A DNA stretch of 63,840 nucleotides, filler included, from Octopus bimaculoides (Eukaryota): the NCBI RefSeq assembly GCF_001194135.2. It is 4 parts of 4 records of this genome, joined end to end, with 100 filler letters (N's around TTAATTAATTAA, not from the genome) between each part and the next. Parts side by side here need not be neighbours in the genome. Positions count along the whole stretch, not along the records: positions 1 to 27,137 come from NC_069003.1; positions 27,238 to 41,919 come from NC_068986.1; 2 more parts are not named here. One strand, 5' to 3'. The stretch's first letter is position 1; each line of letters begins with the position of its first letter. Below are positions 24,541 through 36,855 of this stretch, piece after piece. The notes beneath the pieces are model-generated. The model saw nothing but the letters and a program-made list of their open reading frames with translations. It did no database searches and had not been told where the DNA came from. The position numbers were made by a program, and so were the translations under genes.

Positions 24541-25982
24541 ACAAAACACTACATTAGAAAAAGATTCGCTTTATACGCAGTACTAATTATTGTCTTAATA
24601 GATTCAGAAACGTTGTGGTGAGTTTTGGAGACATTTCTTTTATTTTTCTCTATCGTCACGTAGCCGCTGTCTTTAACAGACTATATAGTCAGACCAATAA
24701 GTTAAACAGTGAAATAAATGCCATGAACGTGAAGTAGAAAAGAAGTTTACAGTTTCTCTGAAAACCTTTTAACGAACAATTCTGCCCAAAACGTTAGATT
24801 TGTTCTTCCTCGAGTCATATTTTATTCACTGTTTGAAGTTATTTATGTCACTTTTCGGCCAAATCAAACCATTATTAGTGTTCATAGATTTACTGGCTAT
24901 CTCTATAGTCTGGTTAAAGAGCCATCAACACATTCCTCTGCGACATCAAATATATATTGACACGCTCATTGAAAACTCACCAATAAGAATAGAGAATTAG
25001 TTTTTCCTCAGATGTATAGACTTTCTCACAATTCATCTCTCAAACAAAAACAAAAGTACTGCTTTATTTCTGACTGGGTACGAACTGTGGTGGAGTGAGG
25101 TGGATGAAGAAGAGATGGCAGTCATTTATTTTTTAGCTGAGTTAGCGGTGGTGGCTAGTGAATATATTTTCTCCAACTTAGAATCCAAATGAAATTGGTC
25201 ACCGATTTTTTGAAGAATCTGTTACTAACTTGTTCATTACGGAAACCAGCCCTAGTTTGTTACTTCAAGTTTCATCTGACAAATTTTGGGAACAAAGATA
25301 GATAGATAGAGAGAAAGAGAGAGAGAGAGAGGGGGGGAAGAAAGGAAGGAAGAAAGAAAGAAAGAATGAATGAAAAAGAAAGCGGGGAGAGAGTTCGTGG
25401 CATAAACGATGGTTTCAGTGCATTCCTATATATGACTTCTTTTCGGTTTGTCAATCACTGTTATTTGATATAAAACCATATTGCACTTCAGTTCAACTCT
25501 ACCGCTTCACAACCTCCGACCGATACAAATATCTCTGAATCTCCAACAAAACTATAACTCAAAGCTCCAACCTCACCGAAATATCTACTTACGTATTCCA
25601 AGGTGACAGCGGAAATTCATTTCATTCTATGCTAGCNNNNNNNNNNNNNNNNNNNNNNNNNNNNNNNNNNNNNNNNNNNNNNNNNNNNNNNNNNNNNNNN
25701 NNNNNNNNNNNNNNNNNNNNNNNNNNNNNNNNNNNNNNNNNNNNNNNNNNNNNNNNNNNNNNNNNNNNNNNNNNNNNNNNNNNNNNNNNNNNNNNNNNNN
25801 NNNNNNNNNNNNNNNNNNNNNNNNNNNNNNNNNNNNNNNNNNNNNNNNNNNNNNNNNNNNNNNNNNNNNNNNNNNNNNNNNNNNNNNNNNNNNNNNNNNN
25901 NNNNNNNNNNNNNNNNNNNNNNNNNNNNNNNNNNNNNNNNNNNNNNNNNNNNNNNNNNNNNNNNNNNNNNNNNNNNNNNNNN

Positions 25983-26047
<65 letters not shown>

Positions 26048-26558
26048 TGTGTGAATGTCGTCTGAATGTGAATGAGAAAGGAATATTTTGGCTGAATTAA
26101 AAAAATATTTTTATAACACGTTTCAATAATAAAAACAGCCATTGTACCATTTACACATTCACAGTGCCATCTATAACATGTAGTTCTTGATTGAAATGGA
26201 TTATACTGGAACATATTTAGACTTTATAATTCGTAAGATCTTGGACATCTGAGACAAAAACAAAACAAAACAAAATAGCGTAGGAGTTAATATTCGAAGA
26301 AGAAAAATGTGGTTGAGAATCACTGAGTGTAGCAGTTGTTGACGCCAGCTGCTACTTCTGTAAGTCACGGAAAAGTCTGCAACTGCAGTCACACAAGTCT
26401 CTAAATAAACAAATGGATCAGTTTTTGAGTAATAAATTTAACCCTTAAACCCCGCCCCAGATAAAAACAGACATTAGACATAAGTCAACGACAGGGTACA
26501 ACCATAAAGCATACCTTTACAAGGCCAATACTTGCTTCAATCAAATACTCCAAATATA

Positions 26559-26774
26559 TGAAGGGCTGCTGAAAAGTTCCTGGCTTTAAGGGTATCGCGA
26601 AAGGTCTGCTTGGAGGCCTAACCTACCGGGTTCTTTTACAGGGCTTAGAAAAACTGAAGGACCGCTGCAATAAGTGCGTGAATCCGAGAGGGAAATATGT
26701 TGAATAAAATCATGATTAACTGTCCCCCTGTATTTTCTTTTACACCAAACCAGAAACTTTTCAGCACCTCCTCG
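26559..26774 (+). mobile_element. 216-bp mariner-derived MITE with TIRs and TA duplication
   Basis: TA|tgaagggctgctgaaaagttcctggcttt ... aaaccagaaacttttcagcacctcctcg|TA. The interior retains the transposase C-terminus GLEKLKDRCNKCVNPRGKYVE*. Confidence 0.88.
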
Positions 26775-26821
26775 TATAAATGAAAAGCTAACTCTGAGCT
26801 GGGTGAAAAAACTCTGTCAAA

Positions 26822-26946
26822 GAGACCGATAGGATAAGTGCTATGTTTATAAAGACTAAGTCCTAGGGTCGATTTGCTCGACTAAAGGCGGTGCTTCAGC
26901 ATGGCCGCAGTCAAATGACGGAAACAAGTAAAAGAGTAAAAGAGTA
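26822..26946 (+). mobile_element. SINE family A 3' fragment
   Basis: gaccgataggataagt...gggtcgatttgctcgactaaaggcggtgcttcagcatggccgcagtcaaatgacggaaacaagtaaaagag. Confidence 0.88.
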
Positions 26947-27181
26947 AACTGATTATAATATTGTATAGAAGTAAGTGGAAAATCTTCGGAACGACATCGA
27001 CCCAGAATTAAACGTACCACTCTAGTTTAAGTAATTTGTGCGTTTTTCCCATTTGTAATTGCTACAACTGGAACAATCGTAATTGCTACAACTGCAAAGA
27101 TGTCGATACTAATTAGTGGACTCTTTTATCTATTTTTNNNNNNNNNNNNNNNNNNNNNNNNNNNNNNNNNNNNNNNNNNNN

Positions 27182-27193
27182 TTAATTAATTAA
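27182..27193. other. Assembly gap spacer TTAATTAATTAA (also 41964-41975 and 61782-61793)
   Basis: The identical 12-mer, with stops in all six frames, is centred in 44N+12+44N = 100-bp gaps. It is an artificial scaffold join. Confidence 0.95.
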
Positions 27194-27241
27194 NNNNNNN
27201 NNNNNNNNNNNNNNNNNNNNNNNNNNNNNNNNNNNNNAGGT

Positions 27242-27275
<34 letters not shown>

Positions 27276-27314
27276 CATATACATGTACATGAATAAATAA
27301 ATAGGTATCTATTT

Positions 27315-27355
<41 letters not shown>

Positions 27356-27977
27356 AAGACAGACAGATAGATAGATAGATAGAAAGATGAGCACATATAG
27401 TTATTAATAAACATATTTGTTTTGCCAGTAGCTGTTAGATAAAGGCATCGATGTCTATTGTATAAGATTTGTTTTCTTTAAAGAACGAAAGATAAGTCCA
27501 AGTTAGATTGGATAAAGAGGGATATTGAGATATCAACTCAGATATATTTGGGGCTGCCACTGTAATACATGTTTCACTGAGGAGCTGAAATAAAACCGAA
27601 ACATTTCCATTGCTTTTACCTCTTGGCTCTAGAGATCATATGCCCTCGAATCAGCATTGGCTATACTCTCGAAAACTTCACCTGATTGGTTGTATTAGAA
27701 TTATTACAATTGCCTGCTGTTTTCAGGTTTTTAAGTATCCTTAAAAGGAGGGTCTTCTCTTTTCGATATTTTAAATGCTTGAATACATTGCTGGTCGAAG
27801 CCTTTTCACTCAGTATAATTTTTTATAATGGATATGATATGATTGCCATATATAATGTCACTATCGTAATCTTCACAATGTAGACAGACAGACAGACAGA
27901 CAGACAGACCGACAGATAGACAGATAGTTCCTGACAATGTTATTAAAAGACGAAAAAAAAAATTCAACCATATCTAT

Positions 27978-28034
27978 TTCATTATTGATATTATTTACAA
28001 TTGACGGATATTTGTCCTCATCCTGTTTGATGTT
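27978..28034 (-). repeat. Inverted partial copy of the Penelope-like repeat at 29070-29262, running into a gap
   Basis: Reverse complement aacatcaaacaggatgaggacaaatatccgtcaattgtaaataat matches 29171-29220. Confidence 0.85.
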
Positions 28035-28989
28035 NNNNNNNNNNNNNNNNNNNNNNNNNNNNNNNNNNNNNNNNNNNNNNNNNNNNNNNNNNNNNNNNNN
28101 NNNNNNNNNNNNNNNNNNNNNNNNNNNNNNNNNNNNNNNNNNNNNNNNNNNNNNNNNNNNNNNNNNNNNNNNNNNNNNNNNNNNNNNNNNNNNNNNNNNN
28201 NNNNNNNNNNNNNNNNNNNNNNNNNNNNNNNNNNNNNNNNNNNNNNNNNNNNNNNNNNNNNNNNNNNNNNNNNNNNNNNNNNNNNNNNNNNNNNNNNNNN
28301 NNNNNNNNNNNNNNNNNNNNNNNNNNNNNNNNNNNNNNNNNNNNNNNNNNNNNNNNNNNNNNNNNNNNNNNNNNNNNNNNNNNNNNNNNNNNNNNNNNNN
28401 NNNNNNNNNNNNNNNNNNNNNNNNNNNNNNNNNNNNNNNNNNNNNNNNNNNNNNNNNNNNNNNNNNNNNNNNNNNNNNNNNNNNNNNNNNNNNNNNNNNN
28501 NNNNNNNNNNNNNNNNNNNNNNNNNNNNNNNNNNNNNNNNNNNNNNNNNNNNNNNNNNNNNNNNNNNNNNNNNNNNNNNNNNNNNNNNNNNNNNNNNNNN
28601 NNNNNNNNNNNNNNNNNNNNNNNNNNNNNNNNNNNNNNNNNNNNNNNNNNNNNNNNNNNNNNNNNNNNNNNNNNNNNNNNNNNNNNNNNNNNNNNNNNNN
28701 NNNNNNNNNNNNNNNNNNNNNNNNNNNNNNNNNNNNNNNNNNNNNNNNNNNNNNNNNNNNNNNNNNNNNNNNNNNNNNNNNNNNNNNNNNNNNNNNNNNN
28801 NNNNNNNNNNNNNNNNNNNNNNNNNNNNNNNNNNNNNNNNNNNNNNNNNNNNNNNNNNNNNNNNNNNNNNNNNNNNNNNNNNNNNNNNNNNNNNNNNNNN
28901 NNNNNNNNNNNNNNNNNNNNNNNNNNNNNNNNNNNNNNNNNNNNNNNNNNNNNNNNNNNNNNNNNNNNNNNNNNNNNNNNNNNNNNNNN

Positions 28990-29066
<77 letters not shown>

Positions 29067-29069
29067 TAA

Positions 29070-29262
29070 CAACAACATCGAAAAGTACCTTAGGAATGAG
29101 AACCCAGGTTCGAAATTTCACCAAGACACCTGATGACGGCTGGAGGGTATATCAGCCGAAATGTTGTGTTAACAACAAACAAGATGAGGACAAATATCCG
29201 TCAATTATAAATAATGTAAATAATGTATATAATTCCTCATATCTTAAATATAGAACTGTAAT
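29070..29262 (+). mobile_element. Penelope-like terminal repeat following (AAT)n and carrying a minimal hammerhead
   Basis: Contains a CTGATGA-stem-GAAA core; homologous to 27978-28034 (inverted) and 52670-52795 (degraded). Confidence 0.6.
29125..29170 (+). ncRNA. Minimal type I hammerhead ribozyme motif
   Basis: Stem I GACAC/GTGTT, core CTGATGA, C, stem II GGCTG-loop-CAGCC, GAAA, TGTT (likely CpG-decayed CGTT palindromic stem III). Predicted cleavage after 29165. Confidence 0.7.
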
Positions 29263-30069
29263 ATCTGTTTCATTGGTGACTCTCGGTTTTTTCATGTGTC
29301 GATAAATATGACCGAAATATAGAAAGAACATTATCTCAGTCATTTGAGGCAAGTCAAACGGATTTTTATGCCTAGTTTTCATGAATGAGAACGAAGCAAG
29401 TAAACACGCCGTGCAGTGCAGGATATATTGCAACCCAAACACTTGTGTCAGTTATTTCGGTGACGAAATTATCCTTGTATCAATGATGTGGAGGTTGAGA
29501 ACCACGTTTAATCTTGGATCAGGTATACTTTTATGTTACAGTATGCATAGGTGATGAGCGCTGTTATCATGAAGAATGATTAGTGCTCAGATGGTGGGTT
29601 AATCGATTTACAAGTTTTCATGGACCTTGAACACTATGACATTATATCGGAATTTTTACCACTCGCCGATGTAGGAGAAAAGGCAATGAGACTGTTAGCG
29701 CAAGGCAGTAAGTTCATTTACTACATGCGTGATATCAAGAGACATTTAAGGGCATCCTGCCCTCATTAACAGCGGAGATAAAAGAAAGATAACAAATCAC
29801 GGACAAGTCCAAGAAAATGCTGCTGTTCTCAAGACTAAAGCCGATAAGGAAACCCAAGAAGGGATAGAAAGTGCAGTAGCACTCAATTGTTTTGTGCCGA
29901 CGGAAGTAAGGCGGCGAGCTGGCGGAAACGTTAGCGGGAGTCTGTATAAGATTTTGTTGTTAAGATTCATGCGAAATAAATTGGTTATACTTGAACAATT
30001 TTTTAATAAAATTCCTAACAATATTTAATTATGAAAATATAATAGACTTCTTTAAACATCGAAAGGCTA

Positions 30070-30412
30070 TGAGGGCCCACTCGAGTAAGATACAAACCAA
30101 AAGGGAGTCCATAGGTAAATCGTGGCACTCTGTCGATTACAACGACGAGGGTTCCAGTTGATCCGATCGACGGAACAGCCAGCTTGTGAAATTAATGTGC
30201 AAGTGGCTGAGAACTCCACAGANNNNNNNNNNGAGTGAGAGAAAGTTGTGGTGAAAGAGTACAGCAGGGTTCGCCAACACCTCATACCGGAACCTCGTGA
30301 ACCTTTAAGTGTTTTCGCTCAATAAACAGTCACAACGCTTGGTCTGGGAATCGAAACCACGATCCTACGACCGCGAGTCCACTGCCCTAACCACTGGGTC
30401 ATCGCACCTGCC
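30070..30412 (-). mobile_element. SINE family C (tRNA-derived), with a 10-N gap
   Basis: Minus-strand head aggtgcgatgacccagtggttagggcagtggactcgcggtcgtaggatcgtggtttcgattcccagacc has Pol III A and B boxes; the body is non-tRNA. Confidence 0.8.
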
Positions 30413-30671
30413 TCCATAGGTAAATAGATAAGGTTGTATGTCCACAACAGCTACAGCAACAATGTTAAAGCGCCAGAAAAATGATTTGTCCTATTTATTC
30501 CTTTTTCTTTTTTTTTTGTTTTACATTTTCGTTCAAACTCTACTGAAGTCAATCTTGGCCTTCATCTTTTCGATAAGGACCCAGCTACCTTGGGTGGGGA
30601 AGAACCATACATTTTTTCTTTACTTATTTTCTAAATAGATTATATCAGCTTTTAATCATTGCTTGACTTTA

Positions 30672-30830
30672 AGGAGGCGAGCTGCTAAGATCGTTGGCAC
30701 GCCGAGCAAAATGCTTAGCAGCGCTTCGTTCATCTTCTCCTGCTGAGACCAGATTCTGCCGAGGTCAACTTTGCCTTTAATTTTTTAGGGATCGATAAAA
30801 TAAAGTAAGTCGAGTATTGGGGTCGATTAC
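30672..30830 (+). mobile_element. SINE family B, diverged
   Basis: ggcgagctgc..gatcgttggcacgccgagcaaaatgcttagc...gccgaggtcaactttgccttt...gatcgataaa. Confidence 0.8.
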
Positions 30831-30938
30831 ATTATTCAAATTTCCGTTGCACTTTTCAATCCAGAATAACTTAGCGTTATACAACGGTCTAACAACAAAA
30901 ACAAACTCAGTGGGATTTCTGAGGATTAATGATTTCTA

Positions 30939-30977
<39 letters not shown>

Positions 30978-31291
30978 CAGTAGTAGTAGTAGTAGTAGTA
31001 GTAGTAATAGTATGGAGGATGTAGATAAATGACGCTTCTTGGAATGGTCATGAATATGAAAGCTTTAATTTATAATTCACCATAGTACACTAAAATATTT
31101 TCAGGGGACATAACTCTCGTGAGATACATTTGCATAATAATTTCCCTTGACTATAGAATTGGCTTTAGCTTAATATGGATTTGAATTTCTCCCAATTGGA
31201 CAGGCAGACAGGCAAACATAAGGAGATAGAGAGAGACAGGCGGCCGGACAGGCAGGCAGGCAGCCGGATAGACAAGCGGACAGGCGGACAT

Positions 31292-31326
<35 letters not shown>

Positions 31327-31360
31327 TACGAGGATAAAGGGATGCGTAAATGGGTGAATG

Positions 31361-31409
<49 letters not shown>

Positions 31410-32037
31410 GGAGAGAGAGACAAGGATAAGGCGATGTATATATGTATATATATCTGTGTGTATTTATGTAAGTATGTATGTATATATATNNNNNNNNNNN
31501 NNNNNNNNNNNNNNNNNNNNNNNNNNNNNNNNNNNNNNNNNNNNNNNNNNNNNNNNNNNNNNNNNNNNNNNNNNNNNNNNNNNNNNNNNNNNNNNNNNNN
31601 NNNNNNNNNNNNNNNNNNNNNNNNNNNNNNNNNNNNNNNNNNNNNNNNNNNNNNNNNNNNNNNNNNNNNNNNNNNNNNNNNNNNNNNNNNNNNNNNNNNN
31701 NNNNNNNNNNNNNNNNNNNNNNNNNNNNNNNNNNNNNNNNNNNNNNNNNNNNNNNNNNNNNNNNNNNNNNNNNNNNNNNNNNNNNNNNNNNNNNNNNNNN
31801 NNNNNNNNNNNNNNNNNNNNNNNNNNNNNNNNNNNNNNNNNNNNNNNNNNNNNNNNNNNNNNNNNNNNNNNNNNNNNNNNNNNNNNNNNNNNNNNNNNNN
31901 NNNNNNNNNNNNNNNNNNNNNNNNNNNNNNNNNNNNNNNNNNNNNNNNNNNNNNNNNNNNNNNNNNNNNNNNNNNNNNNNNNNNNNNNNNNNNTGTATGT
32001 ATGTATGTATGTATGTATGTATGTATGTATGTATATA

Positions 32038-32195
32038 GGACGGACTTCTCAAAGTTTCCGTCTACCAAATTTACTCACTTTGCATTAGTCCGCCCGAAGC
32101 TTTACCAGAAGTCACTTGTCCAAGGTCCTGTACAGTGGAACTGAACCCGAAACGGCTTGGTTGCAAAGCTAGCTTCTTAACCGCCCACCCATGCC
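32038..32195 (-). mobile_element. SINE family A 5' part, diverged
   Basis: gtttccgtctaccaaattt...cacttgtccaagg...gaactgaacccg. Confidence 0.75.
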
Positions 32196-33412
32196 TTTCC
32201 CTATGCCGTGTCTTCACCCATATATATACGTATATATACCCGTTCATGCATGGAATGCGTTTACGTGTGTATTTACAAGATAGTCGGTGTAATCACGAAC
32301 TAAATGACACTAGTTCTCCCGTATACATGAATATGTAATGGAGTGGAATATTTATTATGTAAATTGCGAAGCTGATAAATTCATTGCGGAATTTGAATTA
32401 TCAGGCTTCCCCCACCCCACCATCTTCTCTATATNNNNNNNNNNNNNNNNNNNNNNNNNNNNNNNNNNNNNNNNNNNNNNNNNNNNNNNNNNNNNNNNNN
32501 NNNNNNNNNNNNNNNNNNNNNNNNNNNNNNNNNNNNNNNNNNNNNNNNNNNNNNNNNNNNNNNNNNNNNNNNNNNNNNNNNNNNNNNNNNNNNNNNNNNN
32601 NNNNNNNNNNNNNNNNNNNNNNNNNNNNNNNNNNNNNNNNNNNNNNNNNNNNNNNNNNNNNNNNNNNNNNNNNNNNNNNNNNNNNNNNNNNNNNNNNNNN
32701 NNNNNNNNNNNNNNNNNNNNNNNNNNNNNNNNNNNNNNNNNNNNNNNNNNNNNNNNNNNNNNNNNNNNNNNNNNNNNNNNNNNNNNNNNNNNNNNNNNNN
32801 NNNNNNNNNNNNNNNNNNNNNNNNNNNNNNNNNNNNNNNNNNNNNNNNNNNNNNNNNNNNNNNNNNNNNNNNNNNNNNNNNNNNNNNNNNNNNNNNNNNN
32901 NNNNNNNNNNNNNNNNNNNNNNNNNNNNNNNNNNNNNNNNNNNNNNNNNNNNNNNNNNNNNNNNNNNNNNNNNNNNNNNNNNNNNNNNNNNNNNNNNNNN
33001 NNNNNNNNNNNNNNNNNNNNNNNNNNNNNNNNNNNNNNNNNNNNNNNNNNNNNNNNNNNNNNNNNNNNNNNNNNNNNNNNNNNNNNNNNNNNNNNNNNNN
33101 NNNNNNNNNNNNNNNNNNNNNNNNNNNNNNNNNNNNNNNNNNNNNNNNNNNNNNNNNNNNNNNNNNNNNNNNNNNNNNNNNNNNNNNNNNNNNNNNNNNN
33201 NNNNNNNNNNNNNNNNNNNNNNNNNNNNNNNNNNNNNNNNNNNNNNNNNNNNNNNNNNNNNNNNNNNNNNNNNNNNNNNNNNNNNNNNNNNNNNNNNNNN
33301 NNNNNNNNNNNNNNNNNNNNNNNNNNNNNNNNNNNNNNNNNNNNNNNNNNNNNNNNNNNNNNNNNNNNNNNNNNNNNNNNNNNNNNNNNNNNNNNNNNNN
33401 NNNNNNNNNNNN

Positions 33413-33459
<47 letters not shown>

Positions 33460-33789
33460 CATATATACACGTGTGTGTATGTGTGTGCTGTTTGCTGTTC
33501 CGTAAAACAGTCCAGTGAGAGAAACACATCATTCAACGTACATAGTATAAGATACGTTTTTTATTCACCCTTCCACTTTTTGCGTCTAGTTTCTTCTCGT
33601 ATTTCCCCGTGGTTCTTCTTGTATATACACACGCGCGCCCGCGCGGATTGGACAAAATAACAGAAATATCTTGTTTAATGGTAATTCAACTCAGATTTGG
33701 TTGCAATCACAACTTGTGCGAGGAATTGACTCGTATAGATTCTGAGCATTTGTTGGTGGAATTTTGTGCCATTCCCCAATTAAATCCCC

Positions 33790-34170
33790 CTTTTTTTTAT
33801 CCATAGCTGGGCGTGTGTGTGTGTGTGTGTGTGTGCGTGTGTGTGTTTTCAATTTGTTACTTTAACTCCTCCGAGACTATCCAACCGAACTCGATGAAAC
33901 TTGACACGTGTGGGGAGCTTATGCCCATGCGGTCACTTACGCACTTGGAATTTCAAAAAAAATCGGTAATTTTTAATCAGCATCGATTTGCAAAAATCAA
34001 TAGGACATTTCAATGCAAATTCTCATATGAATGCTATTTTCTGCCATAAATTTTGAAGTTTTCAACCGATTTTCTTGAAATTTTATACACTGATGGAATG
34101 TGCGCTAAGGATGGGTTGAGACAAATAAATTTTTACCTAGGTCACTCAAGCAAAGTGTAAGATGATTTTT
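33790..34170 (+). mobile_element. Putative non-autonomous Helitron/Helentron-like (DINE-1-like) repeat
   Basis: (GT)n near the start, then ccaaccgaactcgatgaaacttgacac and caaccgattttcttgaaattttatacac core-like motifs. Termini not clearly resolved. Confidence 0.35.
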
Positions 34171-36074
34171 GATTAACTTATAAACGTCATTTGGCCTAAA
34201 TTGTTGTCGGGTTAAAATGTTCAACAATTATTTCAGCATTCTCAAGTTGCTGTAACATGTATTTTCTTAACACCTGCACTTAAAATTATCGGTACTAACC
34301 GTTGCAATCGATATTTGATTCTCACGATCAGTGGAACTATACCCATGAAACACAGTCGTCAAATTTAGTGCCTTTCCTCTAAATAATTTTTTGTTTACTT
34401 TTCAAACTTTTATGTTCTTTTTTTCTTCTTCATAGCACGCGTTTTACAATTCCTTTCTTGATCTTTCCATTGATTATATATTTGCAGCTTTCCACTCATC
34501 TGACCAAACCATTGTCATTTTCCGATTCCACACGTATTTATTTGTATTATTGTTTCGTGANNNNNNNNNNTGCCCAGTATATATCGGGGAAAGCTAAATT
34601 TCCAATGAGGGAAATAACACACATATATGTAGCATGTGTATTTTATTTTGCAAGTTAAAAGTCCCTTCGTGGTGCTCGTCAGTTCGACAAATCCGGATGA
34701 TACATTTATCAAACTCGAATCAAAGATTGGTTAATGTACCATCCGGTTTTGTTTGAGTGTAAGGGTGTAGATTCCGAAATACATCAAACCTAGCGGATAA
34801 ATAACAGGAGAAGCCTTAAGAATCGCTGCTCGACACTAAATCTTCCATCTGTTAGAAATGTCAGTAAATCTTACCTTAAATAATACTCCACTTTCTTGAA
34901 ATGAGAAAGTTATATTAAATATCGTTTTGAAAGAAAGTCACTATTGAAGTATTTATGATTATATGTCGACTGTACCAGACCTAGGCACAGTGTAACAACA
35001 ACATCAAAACTTATTTAAACATATAAACATCTGCAAAACAGAAACACAGAACCAGACGATGAGGCGCAAGGCATACATAATACAGATGAACACATATATA
35101 CGGAACTGAACAGTTCTGAACTAGTTCAACTACCAGTAGGAAAATTAGTTAAATAAAAAGATGTTTCCATTATATTGTCCAACCACTTCTTATATCTATA
35201 TAAATGTATGTGTGTGTGTGTGTTATACAATAACATACGGACACATTGAGCAGCACTATAACTATTTTAAATAAGGAAAGATGAAGGCAGACATAAAGCA
35301 GCAGTTTTAAAAGTCTCGGTTATTTCTTAATGTTTGTCTGAGTGTCGATTGGTTGAAAATTACGAAAAATAATAGTAATAATAATAATAGAAAAATAAAT
35401 AAAAAGCATTAGAAATAAAGAAAAATAATTCAACAACACCAAAATACATTACAAAACAGAATTAGAATGATAATCATCAATAACAATCAGCTTACCTTAG
35501 AGATCGATAACACACTATCAAATGTTTATTGACTAAAATTAGAACTTCGTCGCCATTTTACCATTTGTATATTTTTTGATAAATATAAAAGAAAAAGAAA
35601 ACATCCTAATAAGTTCACTGAAAAATAAAATAAGAAAATACAGCATAGAAATTTTTTTTTTTAATGTTGATACGTTTTAAAGTGTTTGTTATTGTTTTTA
35701 TTGTTGTTGTTGTTGTTGTTGTTGAAGTAATATTTCTCTTACGTGCTAAAGTCGTAACAGATCGGCGACTTTCAATTTCATCAGGACTGGAAGGTAAGCA
35801 AATGCCAATGACGATGGNNNNNNNNNNNNNNNNNNNNNNNNNNNNNNNNNNNNNNNNNNNNNNNNNNNNNNNNNNNNNNNNNNNNNNNNNNNNNNNNNNN
35901 NNNNNNNNNNNNNNNNNNNNNNNNNNNNNNNNNNNNNNTATATATATATATATCACTGTGTGTGACGGGGGTATAATACAATCAACTGTTCGATTACAAT
36001 TGTTATTGGCTACAGGCTGCTTTGTGCGTGATGTAACAATTATATAATACGCTCATTTGGTCGTTCTGGAACTA

Positions 36075-36287
36075 AATTTGTACAAGGCCAGCAATTTTAA
36101 GGCTTGGTGTTTAATCGATTATATCGACTCATAGTGTTCCACTGATACTTATTCTATTGACCTCGAAAGGATGAGAGGTAGAGTCAAACTCGACGGAATT
36201 TGAGCTCAGAAGGTAAAGGGTCGGAAGAAAAGATGTTTAGCATTTTTTTGTCCGGCGCGATAATGATTCTTCAAGCTCACCGCCTTC
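36075..36287 (-). mobile_element. SINE family B, older copy
   Basis: Full minus-strand body ending ...caagctcaccgcc. Confidence 0.85.
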
Positions 36288-36309
36288 TTGCTATGATTGA
36301 TAATCGTTT

Positions 36310-36512
36310 CTTTCACAAGACCTGAAATTACGGGGGAAGGGAGCCAATCGATTCTATCGATCCCAGTGCATAACTGGTACTTATTTAATCGTCCACGAAA
36401 GAATGAAAGGCAAAGTCGACCTCGGCGGAATTTGAACTCAGAACGTAAGGACTGACGGAATGCCGCTAAGCTTTTCGCCCGGGGTGCTAACGTTTCTGCC
36501 AGCTCACCGCCG
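36310..36512 (-). mobile_element. SINE family B, younger copy with ~17-bp target duplication
   Basis: Near-consensus body flanked by ttgctatgattgataat and ttgctatgactaataat. Confidence 0.9.
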
Positions 36513-36667
36513 TTGCTATGACTAATAATGATATACCTTATGGCGTATACATATATCTTAATACAGAATGTATATACAAGCGCATATCTGTGCTTGATTG
36601 TGCGTTATAGGTTTGTGTAAATGATAATGATAAATTTGTAGTCTTATTCACAAAATCTTTAGCGGTT

Positions 36668-36855
36668 ACTCTTTTACTCTTTTACCCTTTTACTTGTTTC
36701 AGTCATTTGACTGTGGCCATGCTGGAACACCGCCGCCTTTTAGTCGAGCAAATTGACCCTAGAGCTTATTCTTTGTAAGCCTAGTACTTATTCTNNNNNN
36801 NNNNATTGAACCCGGGACCATGTGGTTCGTAAACAAGCTACTTACCACACAACTA
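36668..36855 (-). mobile_element. SINE family A, both ends, middle collapsed into a 10-N gap
   Basis: Tail and head match 11272-11679. Confidence 0.88.

Noticed and set aside
27182-27193. Palindromic TTAATTAATTAA islands inside gaps (also 41964 and 61782)
   Set aside because: An artificial six-frame-stop spacer in fixed 100-bp scaffold joins; not biological.
27575-27610. Other CTGANGA...GAAA matches (27578, 35775 minus, 43259, 58434)
   Set aside because: No closing stem II and/or no stem I; expected by chance.
30340-30412. tRNA-like sequences (also 17520, 52400, 56500 and all SINE heads)
   Set aside because: They have Pol III boxes but no complete cloverleaf and continue into SINE bodies; not tRNA genes.
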